NCBI GenBank assembly: GCA_965208835.1
Contig: OZ242358.1
Location: 1,376,001-1,440,000 of the forward strand
Length of the DNA: 64,000 nucleotides
Direction of reading: 5' to 3'
From: Candidatus Latescibacterota bacterium
Lineage (GTDB): Bacteria > Latescibacterota > UBA2968 > GCA-2709665
The notes under the pieces are model-generated. The model saw only the letters and a list, made by a program, of their open reading frames with translations, had not been told where the DNA came from and made no database searches. The translations under genes and the position numbers were made by a program. Positions 28,895 to 40,000 of this stretch are shown one piece after another (the stretch's first letter is position 1; each line of letters starts with the position of its first letter).

Positions 28895-29863
28895 TCAGGG
28901 ACGATCCGAAACCGGGTAAAGGGTCAGTCTTCCCCTTCTCCCCGCGCCTTCATCGGCAACGATCAGCGTGCCGTCCGCGGCGAAGGCAATGCCTTCGACC
29001 TGACGATGCCACTTTGCAGGAAACTTCCTGACGGCAATCACCTTCCCGCCAGGCGTCACTTCCGCGATAGCCGCCTGGCGGGCTGCTACGACGAAATAAT
29101 TCCCGGACACCGGATGTCGCTCGATTCCTGACGGCTGGAATTTCTTTCCTTTGATGTGTCGCGAGAAATCTTTAACCGTAATCACGGTCTGTCCATCTCT
29201 AACGAGCTGTCTATCGTCGATCGACCATCGACATAGCGCCAACTGCCCTTCCATGTCCAGACTGCGGGCCTCCTTGCAGATCAGTATGAGGTGCCGCTGC
29301 GTATGGTCGTACGCCAGTCCCTCGATTTCACAATCTCTGCCCACCCCCGTCGTATAGACATTGAAGAGAACGGACTCACCGGCATTTCCCTCCCGGCACT
29401 GGAACAGCCGCCCGTTGCTAGTGACAAGAAAAACCCCGTCGTCGGTTGCTGCAATGCCCTCGAAATCACCGGCGGCCGGGTAATTCGTGTCCGAAAGCTG
29501 AAATGCCTTTACGATTGATCCGTTCCGATAGTCAATCTCGAAGATGATCGCTCTTTCGTCGTTGTGTGCAAGAAGACGGTTGTCTCCCGTCATCGCCAGG
29601 CCGGAGATCTCATCGAGTGCCGTGGGCAGCTTCCAGTGCGTTGCGGTTTTTGGCTTAAGCACATATCTCTCGAGAGACATCCTCCTCTTTGATTCCGCCG
29701 CCTTGTCCGCCAGAGGGCTGACGCCTGAAATACCCGGGCTTGAATTGAGCGATTCTCCAATGCCTTCCGCGGATGCAAATTCGCCGAATCCCGTCAACAG
29801 CATGCAGAGGAGAATACCGGGGCCAAGATAGTTAAGCTGAAATTTGGCTTTGATGTTTTTCAT
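28895..29863 (-). CDS. SdiA-regulated/YjiK-like exported beta-propeller
   Basis: Signal-like N terminus; LDEISGL, AHNDE, GDFEGIA, EIEGLAYD, QPSGI, QVEGIAF..LIVADEG blade repeats. Confidence 0.85.
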   Translation of the reverse strand: MKNIKAKFQLNYLGPGILLCMLLTGFGEFASAEGIGESLNSSPGISGVSPLADKAAESKRRMSLERYVLKPKTATHWKLPTALDEISGLAMTGDNRLLAHNDERAIIFEIDYRNGSIVKAFQLSDTNYPAAGDFEGIAATDDGVFLVTSNGRLFQCREGNAGESVLFNVYTTGVGRDCEIEGLAYDHTQRHLILICKEARSLDMEGQLALCRWSIDDRQLVRDGQTVITVKDFSRHIKGKKFQPSGIERHPVSGNYFVVAARQAAIAEVTPGGKVIAVRKFPAKWHRQVEGIAFAADGTLIVADEGAGRRGRLTLYPVSDRP

Positions 29864-29935
29864 ATACGATTGCGACGTTTCGCAGGGGCCGCGATTTGGC
29901 AATTCGCGCTACCTGATCGCGATCTGATTCAGTGG

Positions 29936-30874
29936 TTACAGGCTCTGGTTTGCCTCATCTTCCATTAATTCCACGTCCTTTATCTGTTTTTTCCCTCTCT
30001 TGCCCAAGTCCCTGATAAGTGCGGAAAGGTCGACGGATTGACTTGAAGTAACCTCGTACACAACGACGACGGTCCCATCTTCATTCTCGACTACCTCGGA
30101 CAAATTCCACTTGATCGCGCTGTAATCAAGGATAGGGGCTGCTACCTTTTGCGCCGCATTGACGTTCGTAGCGTGTACGGCAATTCGGGATTCACGGGTT
30201 TCTCCACCGGCCGTGTCCCCGGTCGCGGAGGAACCCGCCGGCTTTGTGGGTGAGACGATTCTCCAGCCGGAAAGGACTGGAGGACGTGCTGCATAGTTGG
30301 TCTTCCACACGCTCAGTGTAATGGTTACGAAAGCCAACGATGCGATGTAAGCGACTGTTGTGAGCTGGGTGCCGGCGGCCAGCCCGATTCCTATAACCAT
30401 AAACATGTAAACGGCATCCATCGTTTCCTTGAGCGATATCCGGAAACTGACGGCGGCCACGATGCCGGCCAGGCTGAACGCGAGCGCGAGGCTGCCCTTG
30501 ACCAGGAAGACAACCAGTGAGATGGCGACGGGCATCACGAGCAGCGTGTGCGCAAAGGATTGGCTGTATTTCTTGAGTGGCCGCGTCCAGGCATAAACCC
30601 ATGTGATCGGGAGCGTCACCGCGAAGGCAAGTACCAGAGCGACCACCACAGGAATTGTGTGCGCGGGATCGAGCAGGCGGTTGACGCCTTCCTTGATGTT
30701 TCCCAGTGGAATCGCTGAATCGGCGCCGGAACCGAGCGATTTCCCCACGAATATGCGTTCACGCTCCTGGGCGACGTAATAGAGGATTTCAGGGAAAATG
30801 TGAAAAACCGTATTCAGAATCACTATCCAGACAATATAGTAAATGACCAGCCGTACGATGATGTTGTTAGGCAC
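29936..30874 (-). CDS. DUF4956-like membrane protein
   Basis: YSQSFAHTL, SLALAFSLAGIVAAVSFR..LKETMDAVYMF..IGIGLAAG; AAGGAG RBS before GTG 30874. Confidence 0.8.
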   Translation of the reverse strand: MPNNIIVRLVIYYIVWIVILNTVFHIFPEILYYVAQERERIFVGKSLGSGADSAIPLGNIKEGVNRLLDPAHTIPVVVALVLAFAVTLPITWVYAWTRPLKKYSQSFAHTLLVMPVAISLVVFLVKGSLALAFSLAGIVAAVSFRISLKETMDAVYMFMVIGIGLAAGTQLTTVAYIASLAFVTITLSVWKTNYAARPPVLSGWRIVSPTKPAGSSATGDTAGGETRESRIAVHATNVNAAQKVAAPILDYSAIKWNLSEVVENEDGTVVVVYEVTSSQSVDLSALIRDLGKRGKKQIKDVELMEDEANQSL

Positions 30875-31036
30875 AGCATACTCCTTCACTGGCAAGTCGG
30901 ATATGCGACACAGAGATCAACACATACAATCAAAATACAGAAAGAACAGCAAGGAGACAATATACGCTGTTCTCACTGGATGTTTACCGATAAAATCGAA
31001 TGGCATCTGGGTTAAATTACGGTTCGGTGCGGGTTG

Positions 31037-33757
31037 CTAGAACATGAAACCGCTACGCAGATAGACTCCCGTCAAATCATCGCCTTTTACGAAGGCCGCG
31101 CTCAACGTGTGCCTGCGCTGGAGGAACGAGAGCCAGATTCCACCCCCGATACCGGTGTGCCATTTGTCCGCGCTTGCAGGATCTTCCTCAAAAAACACCC
31201 GCCCGGCATCGGCGATGCCGAAAAGCCCCAGCTCTCCCGCCACGAACAGTTCAATTTGCGTGAGAACCAGCCGAAGCTCGGAGTTTCCATACAGCGCGGT
31301 ATCTCCGGCGAACCGGTTTTTCTGGAATCCTCGCAGATTGCCTCCGGAAATTCCTGAGCCGACAACGCCGGTCCCGCCGAGAAAGGCGCTTTCAAAAAAC
31401 GGATAGGATCCCCAGACCTTCCTGGCGCCGCCTCTCAGTGCGAGTGTAGGATGGGTCGCAACAGGTGCAGTCAGGTAAGTGCTGGCCTCTCCTCTAATAC
31501 TGCCAAATGAGGAGTCGACGCTCCAGAATTCGGGGTAGATCGCGCCACCAACCCTGATCCTGACCCCGCGAATGGGATACCCCGGGTTGTCTCGCGTGTC
31601 GAACGTGACTTCGCCCTGCGCGCCGATCTGGCCGAAGGCGCCCATACCGTACAGCTCGTCATCGAGCGAGCCAATCAGCGTTCCCTTATTGGAACCGGAT
31701 GGTGTGTTGGAATACTTGATGACCGGTCCGAACTGGATGTTCAGCCTCGACCGGAGCGAAGCCAGTGTGAAACCGGACATTTCTCCCCTGTAGTCCGCGC
31801 CTCGATACTCAAGCGCCGGTGCGAAATCGAGCGAATATCGCGTCGCCTTATAAAATGAAGAGGGTCGTCGAATTTCAGTCTTGTTGCCGAGGCCGTGGAA
31901 CCGCAGCGACCGGATTCCTGAGAAATCGAACTGGACGTTGGCATCAAAGTCGCGCAAGGGTTTGCGAAAGTGGCCGGTATAGGAAAAGAAGGGTCTGAGA
32001 CTCTCGAAACCGTCCACCCCCGCCACCCCGGCCATATAGGTGTGTTGTGAAGCGAAAGGGTCTTTCCGAAAGCCGAAATACTGCCGGCTATGGAGCGCGC
32101 CCACGTACACGGTCAGGTCAGGATCAATCATGAATATTGGCAGATTACCCGTCCGCTTGCCCCAATCCAGCGCGTACCTTGCATTCGGCGTATGGGTTCC
32201 GTGAGGCCGTTTGTAAGAGCGGTCGTCGATCTCCGCTCCCCGGCCCGCAACGAACCGGTTCTTCCCGCGTGAATCGTAAAACCAGGTTTTCGAGGCGCCG
32301 GCACGGGATGAATTCGAGAGCGTGTCGTCCCCGCCGCCGCCGTTGATGCGGACGACAATCCGCGCCTTTGTTCCAGTGACCTCCGCGCGGTCATCTCCTC
32401 CACGAAGGTGTATTCGGACTTCCCGGGTTTCTTCGTGGCGGAACCTGCGCAGGAAATAAGGCGCCTTCCTTTCTCCGCTACCGCCTTCCATCAGACCGAT
32501 ACGTACTTCGAGATCGCCACCCGGCGTGTGTTCGCACTGGATGTACTCGTCCTGATCGGTCGCCTTGATTCCGACCTCGCGGTTTATCAACCGATAGTAC
32601 CTGTTGGCGAAATCAGGCAGTGCGTCCCGCCTCGACTTGAGCGCCCGGGTGAGGGATTCGCCTGCCATCGCGTAATACGGCGGCGGCAGCCTCCGCACGG
32701 CGTTTTCGATGACCGCGTCGGGCAGCTCCCTGCGAAATGCCGATACGACCGAATCCCATGCGGCCCTATCGAGTTCGGCCAGGAATTCGCGATCTATTTC
32801 CCATCCGGTCATCGTCAGGCCGATCAGATTGGGATACGTCTCCTTGAACTTGATCTGGATCGGGAAACGCCTCCGCGCGATTGTCATGGCGGCCCCTTCG
32901 AAGTGGATGAAGGCCTGGTCCCGGTCCTCCGGAATCGGAAGCCAGGTGTAACAGTCTCCATCGGGAAACCGCGCCCATCTCCACTGTCCGTAGTGGCGGT
33001 CTTTGTCGTTGACGAGGAAATCCATCAGTCTCGCTTTCAGGAAAGCACGGGCATCCACGCGGTCGCAGGGGCTTTTTTCCAGGTGTTTCATCAGTTTGTC
33101 CGTACCACTGACCTTCCTGGAGCCCGCGAACCCAGGCGCGTCGTCCTTACCTTCTGACGGGTGCTCCTGCAACATACCTATGAGGCCTGCAAAGCGGCCG
33201 CGGTAATCTTTCAATCTCGGATCATCCGGAATGACGACGAGTGTATGCCTGGAATGCAGGATCCCGGTGGCCTCCATCAGCGGATCGACCACGAGCGCTC
33301 CCGTTGGCAGCATCGCACAGATCAGATCGTGAAGGACGTCTCCCACGACCGTATTCGCGATTTCGTCGGGCACCCTTCTGGTCGCATCCTTATCCAGCGA
33401 GCGAACGGTGTACCTGCGCCCGTCCCGTCCCGTAAAGTGCAGTGAGATGGATTGTCCGAATCCGCCCGTGCGAAGCGGTGTCAGGCCTCCCCCCACGCTG
33501 TCGAGGTCGAGAACCGCAATCTCGATAGGGGTATTCCATAGGTCCCGGTAATTATCACCGTAGAACCAGCGTTTGAATCCGTCTGCGCGGAATCTTTCAC
33601 CTGGGATCACCGTATGGCTTTTCGCGTCGGGCGGGGGCACGGAACGGTGAATCCTGGACCCCGGCGCCTGTGATTCCTTCTGAGATGCGGATGCTGCCGG
33701 AATGGAAAGGGCGAACACGAGCAGCAGAAAGAGTGGGTTCCGCCTGGAAAGTACCAT
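31037..33757 (-). CDS. Omp85/BamA-type barrel protein with N-terminal kinase-like domain
   Basis: Signal peptide; GGFGQS, NDKDRHYGQW, PIPEDRDQAF; GGDD repeats; barrel motifs FDTRDNPGYP and LRGF; terminal Phe. Confidence 0.8.
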   Translation of the reverse strand: MVLSRRNPLFLLLVFALSIPAASASQKESQAPGSRIHRSVPPPDAKSHTVIPGERFRADGFKRWFYGDNYRDLWNTPIEIAVLDLDSVGGGLTPLRTGGFGQSISLHFTGRDGRRYTVRSLDKDATRRVPDEIANTVVGDVLHDLICAMLPTGALVVDPLMEATGILHSRHTLVVIPDDPRLKDYRGRFAGLIGMLQEHPSEGKDDAPGFAGSRKVSGTDKLMKHLEKSPCDRVDARAFLKARLMDFLVNDKDRHYGQWRWARFPDGDCYTWLPIPEDRDQAFIHFEGAAMTIARRRFPIQIKFKETYPNLIGLTMTGWEIDREFLAELDRAAWDSVVSAFRRELPDAVIENAVRRLPPPYYAMAGESLTRALKSRRDALPDFANRYYRLINREVGIKATDQDEYIQCEHTPGGDLEVRIGLMEGGSGERKAPYFLRRFRHEETREVRIHLRGGDDRAEVTGTKARIVVRINGGGGDDTLSNSSRAGASKTWFYDSRGKNRFVAGRGAEIDDRSYKRPHGTHTPNARYALDWGKRTGNLPIFMIDPDLTVYVGALHSRQYFGFRKDPFASQHTYMAGVAGVDGFESLRPFFSYTGHFRKPLRDFDANVQFDFSGIRSLRFHGLGNKTEIRRPSSFYKATRYSLDFAPALEYRGADYRGEMSGFTLASLRSRLNIQFGPVIKYSNTPSGSNKGTLIGSLDDELYGMGAFGQIGAQGEVTFDTRDNPGYPIRGVRIRVGGAIYPEFWSVDSSFGSIRGEASTYLTAPVATHPTLALRGGARKVWGSYPFFESAFLGGTGVVGSGISGGNLRGFQKNRFAGDTALYGNSELRLVLTQIELFVAGELGLFGIADAGRVFFEEDPASADKWHTGIGGGIWLSFLQRRHTLSAAFVKGDDLTGVYLRSGFMF

Positions 33758-33854
33758 TGCTTTCCTTTGTGTTTCAGGGTGGTTCAGGCAGCATGAAACT
33801 GTCCGAAGGTTGTCTTGGCAGCCGTGCAATTGCGGACATTAGTGATCCTGCATG

Positions 33855-36104
33855 TTAGAACCCAAATCCGATTGCCGCATTGATCTTGATGTCCTTTTCC
33901 TGCGTACTTACAATATCAATGCGAATGGGTCCCAGGAGCGATGTATTGACATAGCCCCCGACACCGAAACCGTGGATGGGGGTGAAATCCTCCTCCGAAC
34001 TTGAGCTCATATCATAGAGTCCGCCCTGATAGAAAATTCCGATGCCACTGCGCGGGAGGGATTCCCAAAATTTGACATGTCTCCACACGGACAGGCCTAC
34101 CGATGCGAACCTGGGAACCCTCAATTCATCCCGTTTGAGTCCGACGACCGGCAACGCCGCGCTGCTGAAATGCCCCGCACCGCCCAACGGGAAGAATTCA
34201 AATACCGGTGCATCCTGTGTAACGTAGCCTCCATGGGACGAGAGGCCCACGCTCCATCGGGACTGTGGACTGACGAAGAACGCAAGTTGGGTTTGAATCT
34301 GCTTGTGGGAAAACGTCCGGTGGATCCACTTTGCGCGGGTCTGAAAGTAGACGCCCTTCGTTGGCACCATCGAGTCGTCTCGCGTGTCAATCCCCGCGGA
34401 TAACCACAATCCGGGCAGGAATTCGGATGCATCGCCTATCGAACGAGTGGCATAGCGGACTCGGGCGTGTTCCACCTGGTATCCTGCCTGGAAACCACCC
34501 CAGCTGTGAAACAATCTCTGTAATCCAAGTCGGGAGCGAAAACGTCTTTCCTCATATCCGCCCTCTCGCTGCCGATTTCGAAAATACAAACGGTCCTGGT
34601 CCCATGCCTGGACCTCCCCGAGCAGGCCGAGACGCCCGGTGGTCCGGAAAATCATGACCATTTCGGCGAAGTTCAAATTTCCCAGCAGGCCGCGAAGGTG
34701 GAGTTCCGATATGCGGCCAAGTGTACTCAGATGCGCAATCTCGCCGAGCACCGAAACCCGGTAATCGTTGTTGTAATGAATCCCCACTTTCAACTCGCTG
34801 GGGGGGTTTTCCAGCACGTGAAAGACCAATTCGGTCTGTCCTTCATGATAGGTAACGTGGAAATCGACGGTCTGAAACAATCCGGTCGCGTGCAACCGGC
34901 CGCACTCACGTTCCAGCTCCTGAAAGGAAATTGGCTTATTGACGAATTTCTCCAGCCGCACCTTGAACAGGGTCTCTGAATAGCGCTTTACGCCTTCTAT
35001 CCGAACCCTGTCGACCACGACGTCCGGCGGTATATCCGCCCACGTATTGACATCGAACTCAACGGGCAATCTGGACGTTCTCGGTTTGCCGACGCGTTTT
35101 GGTACTCCAAGTGTCCGCAATGCGTTTCGTATCGCATCCATTTGTTCTTCGGCTGCTGTTTCGCCAATTGGAATCAGGGTATACGAACGGTTGAAGTCGC
35201 CGCCGTCGAAGTTATCCAGTTTGGGCAATATCAACACGTGGGAGCGTTTTCGGTTCTCGATTTTTCTTTCTTCGATTCGAAAACTGACCGCCTGATCGAT
35301 GACGTCGATTATATCCTGAATTTCCTCCTTCAGAGTACGCAGGGGCGTGGCGCAATCCACGGCAATGACAAAATCGGCGCCGGCTTCCAATGCGACGTCC
35401 ACGGGCAGATTATTGACGATGCCGCCATCCACGAGATGGGTATGTTCCGTACTCAGCGGCGCAAATACCCCTGGAACCGAAATACTGGCCCTGATCGCAG
35501 CACCGAGAGAGCCATTGTGGATCACGACCTGTTCTCCGGACAGAATGTCGGTTGCGATTGCGCGGAAGGGCGTGGGAAGTCGATCGAAGTCGTTGCGCGC
35601 CCTGTAGGTTGCGCCAAGCGTGAGTTGATTGAGGAATTGATGTATCTTCTGTCCGGCGAAGATTCCATAAGGCAATTTCAGTTTCAGCTCTTCCAGGTGT
35701 AATGCAAGCATCTGACGGTCGGCCATCGCTTTGCGGTTCATGTTCGACAGGCGGCGGTCCGGGCTGTTGCTGGTGATCTCCCACCAGTCGGTTTCCAGGA
35801 TCACCCGCTGGAGATCGTCAACGGAATATCCCGCGGCGTACAGCCCCCCGACCAGGGCGCCATAACTTACGCCAACAATCATATCTATAGGTACGCCTTC
35901 GCGTTCCAGTACGCGCAGCACGCCGATATGCGCGCCTCCCCGCGCGCCGCCTCCACTGAGTACAAGCGCAACCTTCGGCCTCTGTTCCGCAAACGAGGGT
36001 TGTGCGCCGAACACGGGAAGCGCGCAACACAGAAATATCAGGCTTCGGAAAAACGGACCCCTGGTCTTCCCGTATTCAGTATTGTGTAATTTACCTGCCG
36101 TCAT
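33855..36104 (-). CDS. Patatin-POTRA-Omp85 fusion (PlpD-like, type Vd)
   Basis: SGGGARG, GVSYG, DGG patatin motifs; one POTRA-like segment; DTRDDSMVPTKG barrel; ends GFGF. Confidence 0.92.
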   Translation of the reverse strand: MTAGKLHNTEYGKTRGPFFRSLIFLCCALPVFGAQPSFAEQRPKVALVLSGGGARGGAHIGVLRVLEREGVPIDMIVGVSYGALVGGLYAAGYSVDDLQRVILETDWWEITSNSPDRRLSNMNRKAMADRQMLALHLEELKLKLPYGIFAGQKIHQFLNQLTLGATYRARNDFDRLPTPFRAIATDILSGEQVVIHNGSLGAAIRASISVPGVFAPLSTEHTHLVDGGIVNNLPVDVALEAGADFVIAVDCATPLRTLKEEIQDIIDVIDQAVSFRIEERKIENRKRSHVLILPKLDNFDGGDFNRSYTLIPIGETAAEEQMDAIRNALRTLGVPKRVGKPRTSRLPVEFDVNTWADIPPDVVVDRVRIEGVKRYSETLFKVRLEKFVNKPISFQELERECGRLHATGLFQTVDFHVTYHEGQTELVFHVLENPPSELKVGIHYNNDYRVSVLGEIAHLSTLGRISELHLRGLLGNLNFAEMVMIFRTTGRLGLLGEVQAWDQDRLYFRNRQREGGYEERRFRSRLGLQRLFHSWGGFQAGYQVEHARVRYATRSIGDASEFLPGLWLSAGIDTRDDSMVPTKGVYFQTRAKWIHRTFSHKQIQTQLAFFVSPQSRWSVGLSSHGGYVTQDAPVFEFFPLGGAGHFSSAALPVVGLKRDELRVPRFASVGLSVWRHVKFWESLPRSGIGIFYQGGLYDMSSSSEEDFTPIHGFGVGGYVNTSLLGPIRIDIVSTQEKDIKINAAIGFGF

Positions 36105-36679
36105 ACAGTTCCATAGCAGTAGATGGTTTCAGCCGCCATATAGTCTACACGTGACGATACCGATCCAGACGGTCCGCCGGGCCGTTGCAGGACACGCACT
36201 CACAGATTGTGGGTTGCCCACCGGTCGGTTGCGTTCGTATCCTGAATTCAGCGCTTCGAACCCGGTCAGTTGGGACGCAGCCGGACTGGGAACACAGTTG
36301 GCAGGCCTGTCCAACGGTTCGGATTCTGCGCACTGTCGTGCGACCTTGCGAGTGTGTGGAACCAGGTCAGATTGAACGACAGGCTGGACACTCATCAAAA
36401 GCGCTTGCATTTGGACGAAACGGAGTGCGATATATTTAACACCAATAGAATCATACAAAAACGTCCATGATGTCAAGTATGAAGGCTTGTCCTCCCGTAC
36501 AAAACTTGGCCTGGACTCCACTTTTTTGCGATTTTTCGCCGATTGATTCGATTTTTCGACTTGCAAAGCACTCTTGTTTGTGACTGATTCACAGGTCGCC
36601 TGTCCGGCACGTTGAATCGGTCCCGCCATTCGCCAAAGCCGACATTTGCCTCAATCCCAAATAAACAGCAACGCGGCAA

Positions 36680-37036
36680 CGCGATAAAACCCTCCGAAAC
36701 GGGGCAATATCGACGTATAGAAGGACGTTTTTTCCTTCACGTCCAGTGACCTGGTGTATCCTGGTAATCCGCCGTTTAATCGCCTTTGTTTACCCGAATT
36801 CAAAAAATACTGCAACCGGGCGTCGTGATAAAATCCTCCTAAACAGGGTGTTAACGTCGTATGGAAGGACATCATTTCAGTTGACGTCCAGCAACCTGGT
36901 GTATCCTGGTAATCTGCAGTTTAATCGCCTTTATCAACTTGCACATATACGAACTAACGTCACCGAAAAACGACGAATCCTGGTTAACAAGCACATATTC
37001 GAATTAACGTCCCCGAAGACTTACGAATCAAGGTTA
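36680..37036 (+). repeat. Repeat family C tandem array (two ~144-bp units plus a duplicated ~50-bp subunit)
   Basis: CGYGATAAAAYCCTCC at 36680 and 36824; ACCTGGTGTATCCTGGTAATC twice; GCACATAT.CGAAYTAACGTC twice. Confidence 0.88.
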
Positions 37037-37054
37037 GTCGCAAGGAGCCAAGTC

Positions 37055-40000
37055 ATGGTCAATCTGGCGCTATTCAGCAACGGCAGCAGGCCGCACGTGA
37101 GCAGCATCGCGTACAACCACCATGCATCCAGGATCAACGATGGAGTCAGGCCCGGCAACGAAGCCTCCACGAGCGACACGGCCTGGGCCTCGGCAACGGA
37201 GCGACTGCCGCATTGGGCGGCGGTTGTGTTTCCCGGGGCTGCCCGGATTGAGCGGGTTGAGATTTACTGGGGGAGGGGGCGTATGCCCGAGTCCTCCCGA
37301 TTGGTCGTGGTTCAGGGCTGGGCTGAAGGCGCCTGGATTTCCATCGCGACTGCGCGGATTCCAGAGCCGGAGCCAAAGACCGTGTTGTCATTCGACCCCG
37401 TGCAGGTGGAGGCCGTACGCATATGGCAGAACGACGATGGAGGCACGGAGTCGACGCCGGGCCGCATGCATGTGGCGCAGCTTGAGGCATACGGCGGCTT
37501 CATGGCAGGTGAGCCGGTGGATTATCTGAAGATCCGGGATGCGCTCCGAGAGGAATGGGAGGACAATTTTCATGAGGCAAGGAGGGAGATCACCCGGGAG
37601 GTGTTGGATCGAATCGAACGGTCGCCCGTCGAGCGTCCGGGGGTCGGGCCGGTGGGCGCGGAAGAAATCGCCCGGGCACGGCGGAACCGGGTTGCGACGG
37701 CGTGGGGCAGGGCGCAGGCGGAGAAAATCCTGAAGGACGCGTCGTGGTGGCTCGACAAGGACGATGAGTTTATCTACCGGATGATACCCACGCAGAATCC
37801 TCGCGCGATCTCGCCCAGCTACGAGCGGGGCTGTCCAATCCACGGAGGCGGACGCAAATGCATGCGGACGAACACCTCGCTGGAGTACCGCTGGCAGTGC
37901 GTAATCGGAGGAGAGTGGTGGTACAACGGGGCGGTTGTACACAATCCGGCTACGGGTGAGCCGGTGGAGGTGTGGGATGACGATGACGGCTGGATCGCGC
38001 CCGAGGGTTTCGCCAACCCGGGGACAATTTATCACTTCAATTCAGCGTGGCGATACTACGTTTTATCGAAGCTGTTCTTTCATCCCTACGAGATGACGAT
38101 CGCTTCCCAGGATGCCTATGCCGGCGGCACGGCTGTGCTTCAGCTGTCACGCGCCTTCGCAATCACCGGCGATGACCGGTATGCGCATATAGCCGGTGTC
38201 ATGCTGAATCGGCTGGCGGAGGTCTACCGGTTCTACAATGGCACGGTTGACGAACAACGTCCGCTCACGCGCGGCTACCTGGTGCAGGTGAGCTGGGAAG
38301 AGATGCCGATATACAACTGTATGACGGCATACGGCCTGGTAATGGACTCGATGCTGAAGGACGACGCACTCCTGGAGTTCTTCAAGTCGAAAGGCGATTG
38401 CGACTACAACCGCGACGGGTGTGTGGATTTCGAGGATATCCGTTACAATATCCGGCATAATCTGTTCGGCTACATGTACGAGTGGCTTCACCGGGCCATG
38501 GCGATTCAGACGGGGGACTACATTATCCGTGAGGGCATGGTACTCTGGGCGCTGGGCGAAGTGCTCGGCAACGAGGAAATGGTCGATGAGGCCATCGAAA
38601 GCCGGTACGGACTGGCCGTAAATCTGACCAACAATACATTCAGGGACGGCAAATGGTGGTACGATGCACCCGGTTACTCGGTGAGTTCGATTACGCGGAC
38701 GATTCTGGATCGCCTGTTCTCGATGAAGGGCACGGACCGGCTACGGGATTCCCGCCTTCGAATCCGGGAGTCCATAGAGTTCGCCCGTGACATCTACTGC
38801 GACGGCAGGATTCCCACAATCGGCGATACCGGCGGCGGCGACTTGAGGATCAAGGTGCTGGATCCGCTGGCCAATTGCGATGTTGAAGAACTGGCATATG
38901 TCCACACGGGGGACGACGAATATCGGAACCGTCTGCTCGCGATGTCGGAAGGGGACGTGGACGGGATCAGACAGCGGTACGCCGATGCCAACCTGCTGTT
39001 TCATGCGGAGCCGATTCGAGGGACAACCGGGCCGTACGTGCCGCGTACGACAATCTTTCACGATTCGGGAATCGCGATCCTGAGAACGGGACACGATATC
39101 GCGACGAGGAAGCACCTCGTATTGAATTACGGGAAGGGCAGCAGCGGGCACGGACACCGGGACAAGCTGTCGATCAACCTGATCACCTTCGGGTACGATC
39201 TCGCGTGCGACCTGGGGTATCCGACGACCTTTACCCACGACAAGGTGGACGGCTGGGAAAAGCATACCGCCAGCCATGCTACCGTCTGCATCGACGGGCG
39301 GGCTCAGGAGATCGCCACGGGCAGCCTTTGGTTCATCGGCCGTACGCCGGGAATGCAGGCCGTCTGCGCAACGGGAGATCGGGCGTATCCCGCATGCGCC
39401 GAGGTTTACGAACGGACGCTCGTGATGGTGGATGCGCCCGGCTCTGACGCCTATGTCGTGGACGTGTTCCGTGTTGGTGGGGGATCCACGCACGACTATT
39501 TGTTCCGGAGTCTGAGCGGGGATGACGGTGAGAATCTCAGCCTGGAATTCCCGCCGGGCACTGCGACCGTGCGTCAGATGCGAGGTACCGCCGCGGGCGA
39601 AGACGTTGCATTCGGGTCATCACCGGGCCTGGGATACATCAAGGACGTAAGCCGGACAGCGTGCGATCGCGAATGGTCTGCGACGTGGCGTGCGGGGGAC
39701 GAGGAGAATACGGGTATCCGGCTGACGATGATCGGGCAGTCCGGAAGCGAGATTGTAAACGGCAAGGGAGAAGGATTCGGGTTTTTCGGTCAGAGTCCCT
39801 GGGACGCCACTGTGGCGGTCAGACAATCGGGCGGCGGCGAGTCGATTTTCATGGGCGTGCTGGAGCCGTTCCAGGGGGACCCGTTCGTCAGGTCGGTGGA
39901 AGCGTTGGACGTCTCCGGCGGCATCGGCGCGAAGATCCGCCTCGATGGACGAGTCGATTACGTGTTGCGCAGGTTGGAAAAGGATGCGGTCTGCACCGCG

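Noticed and set aside
36680-37036. CRISPR array or integron attC sites
   Set aside because: Only two long degenerate units with no unique spacers and no cas genes. The TAAC...GTTA span is too short for attC and no integrase is present.
36746-37054. N-terminal 103 aa of the 1315-aa ORF
   Set aside because: Translated repeat DNA; the AAGGAG RBS supports ATG 37055.
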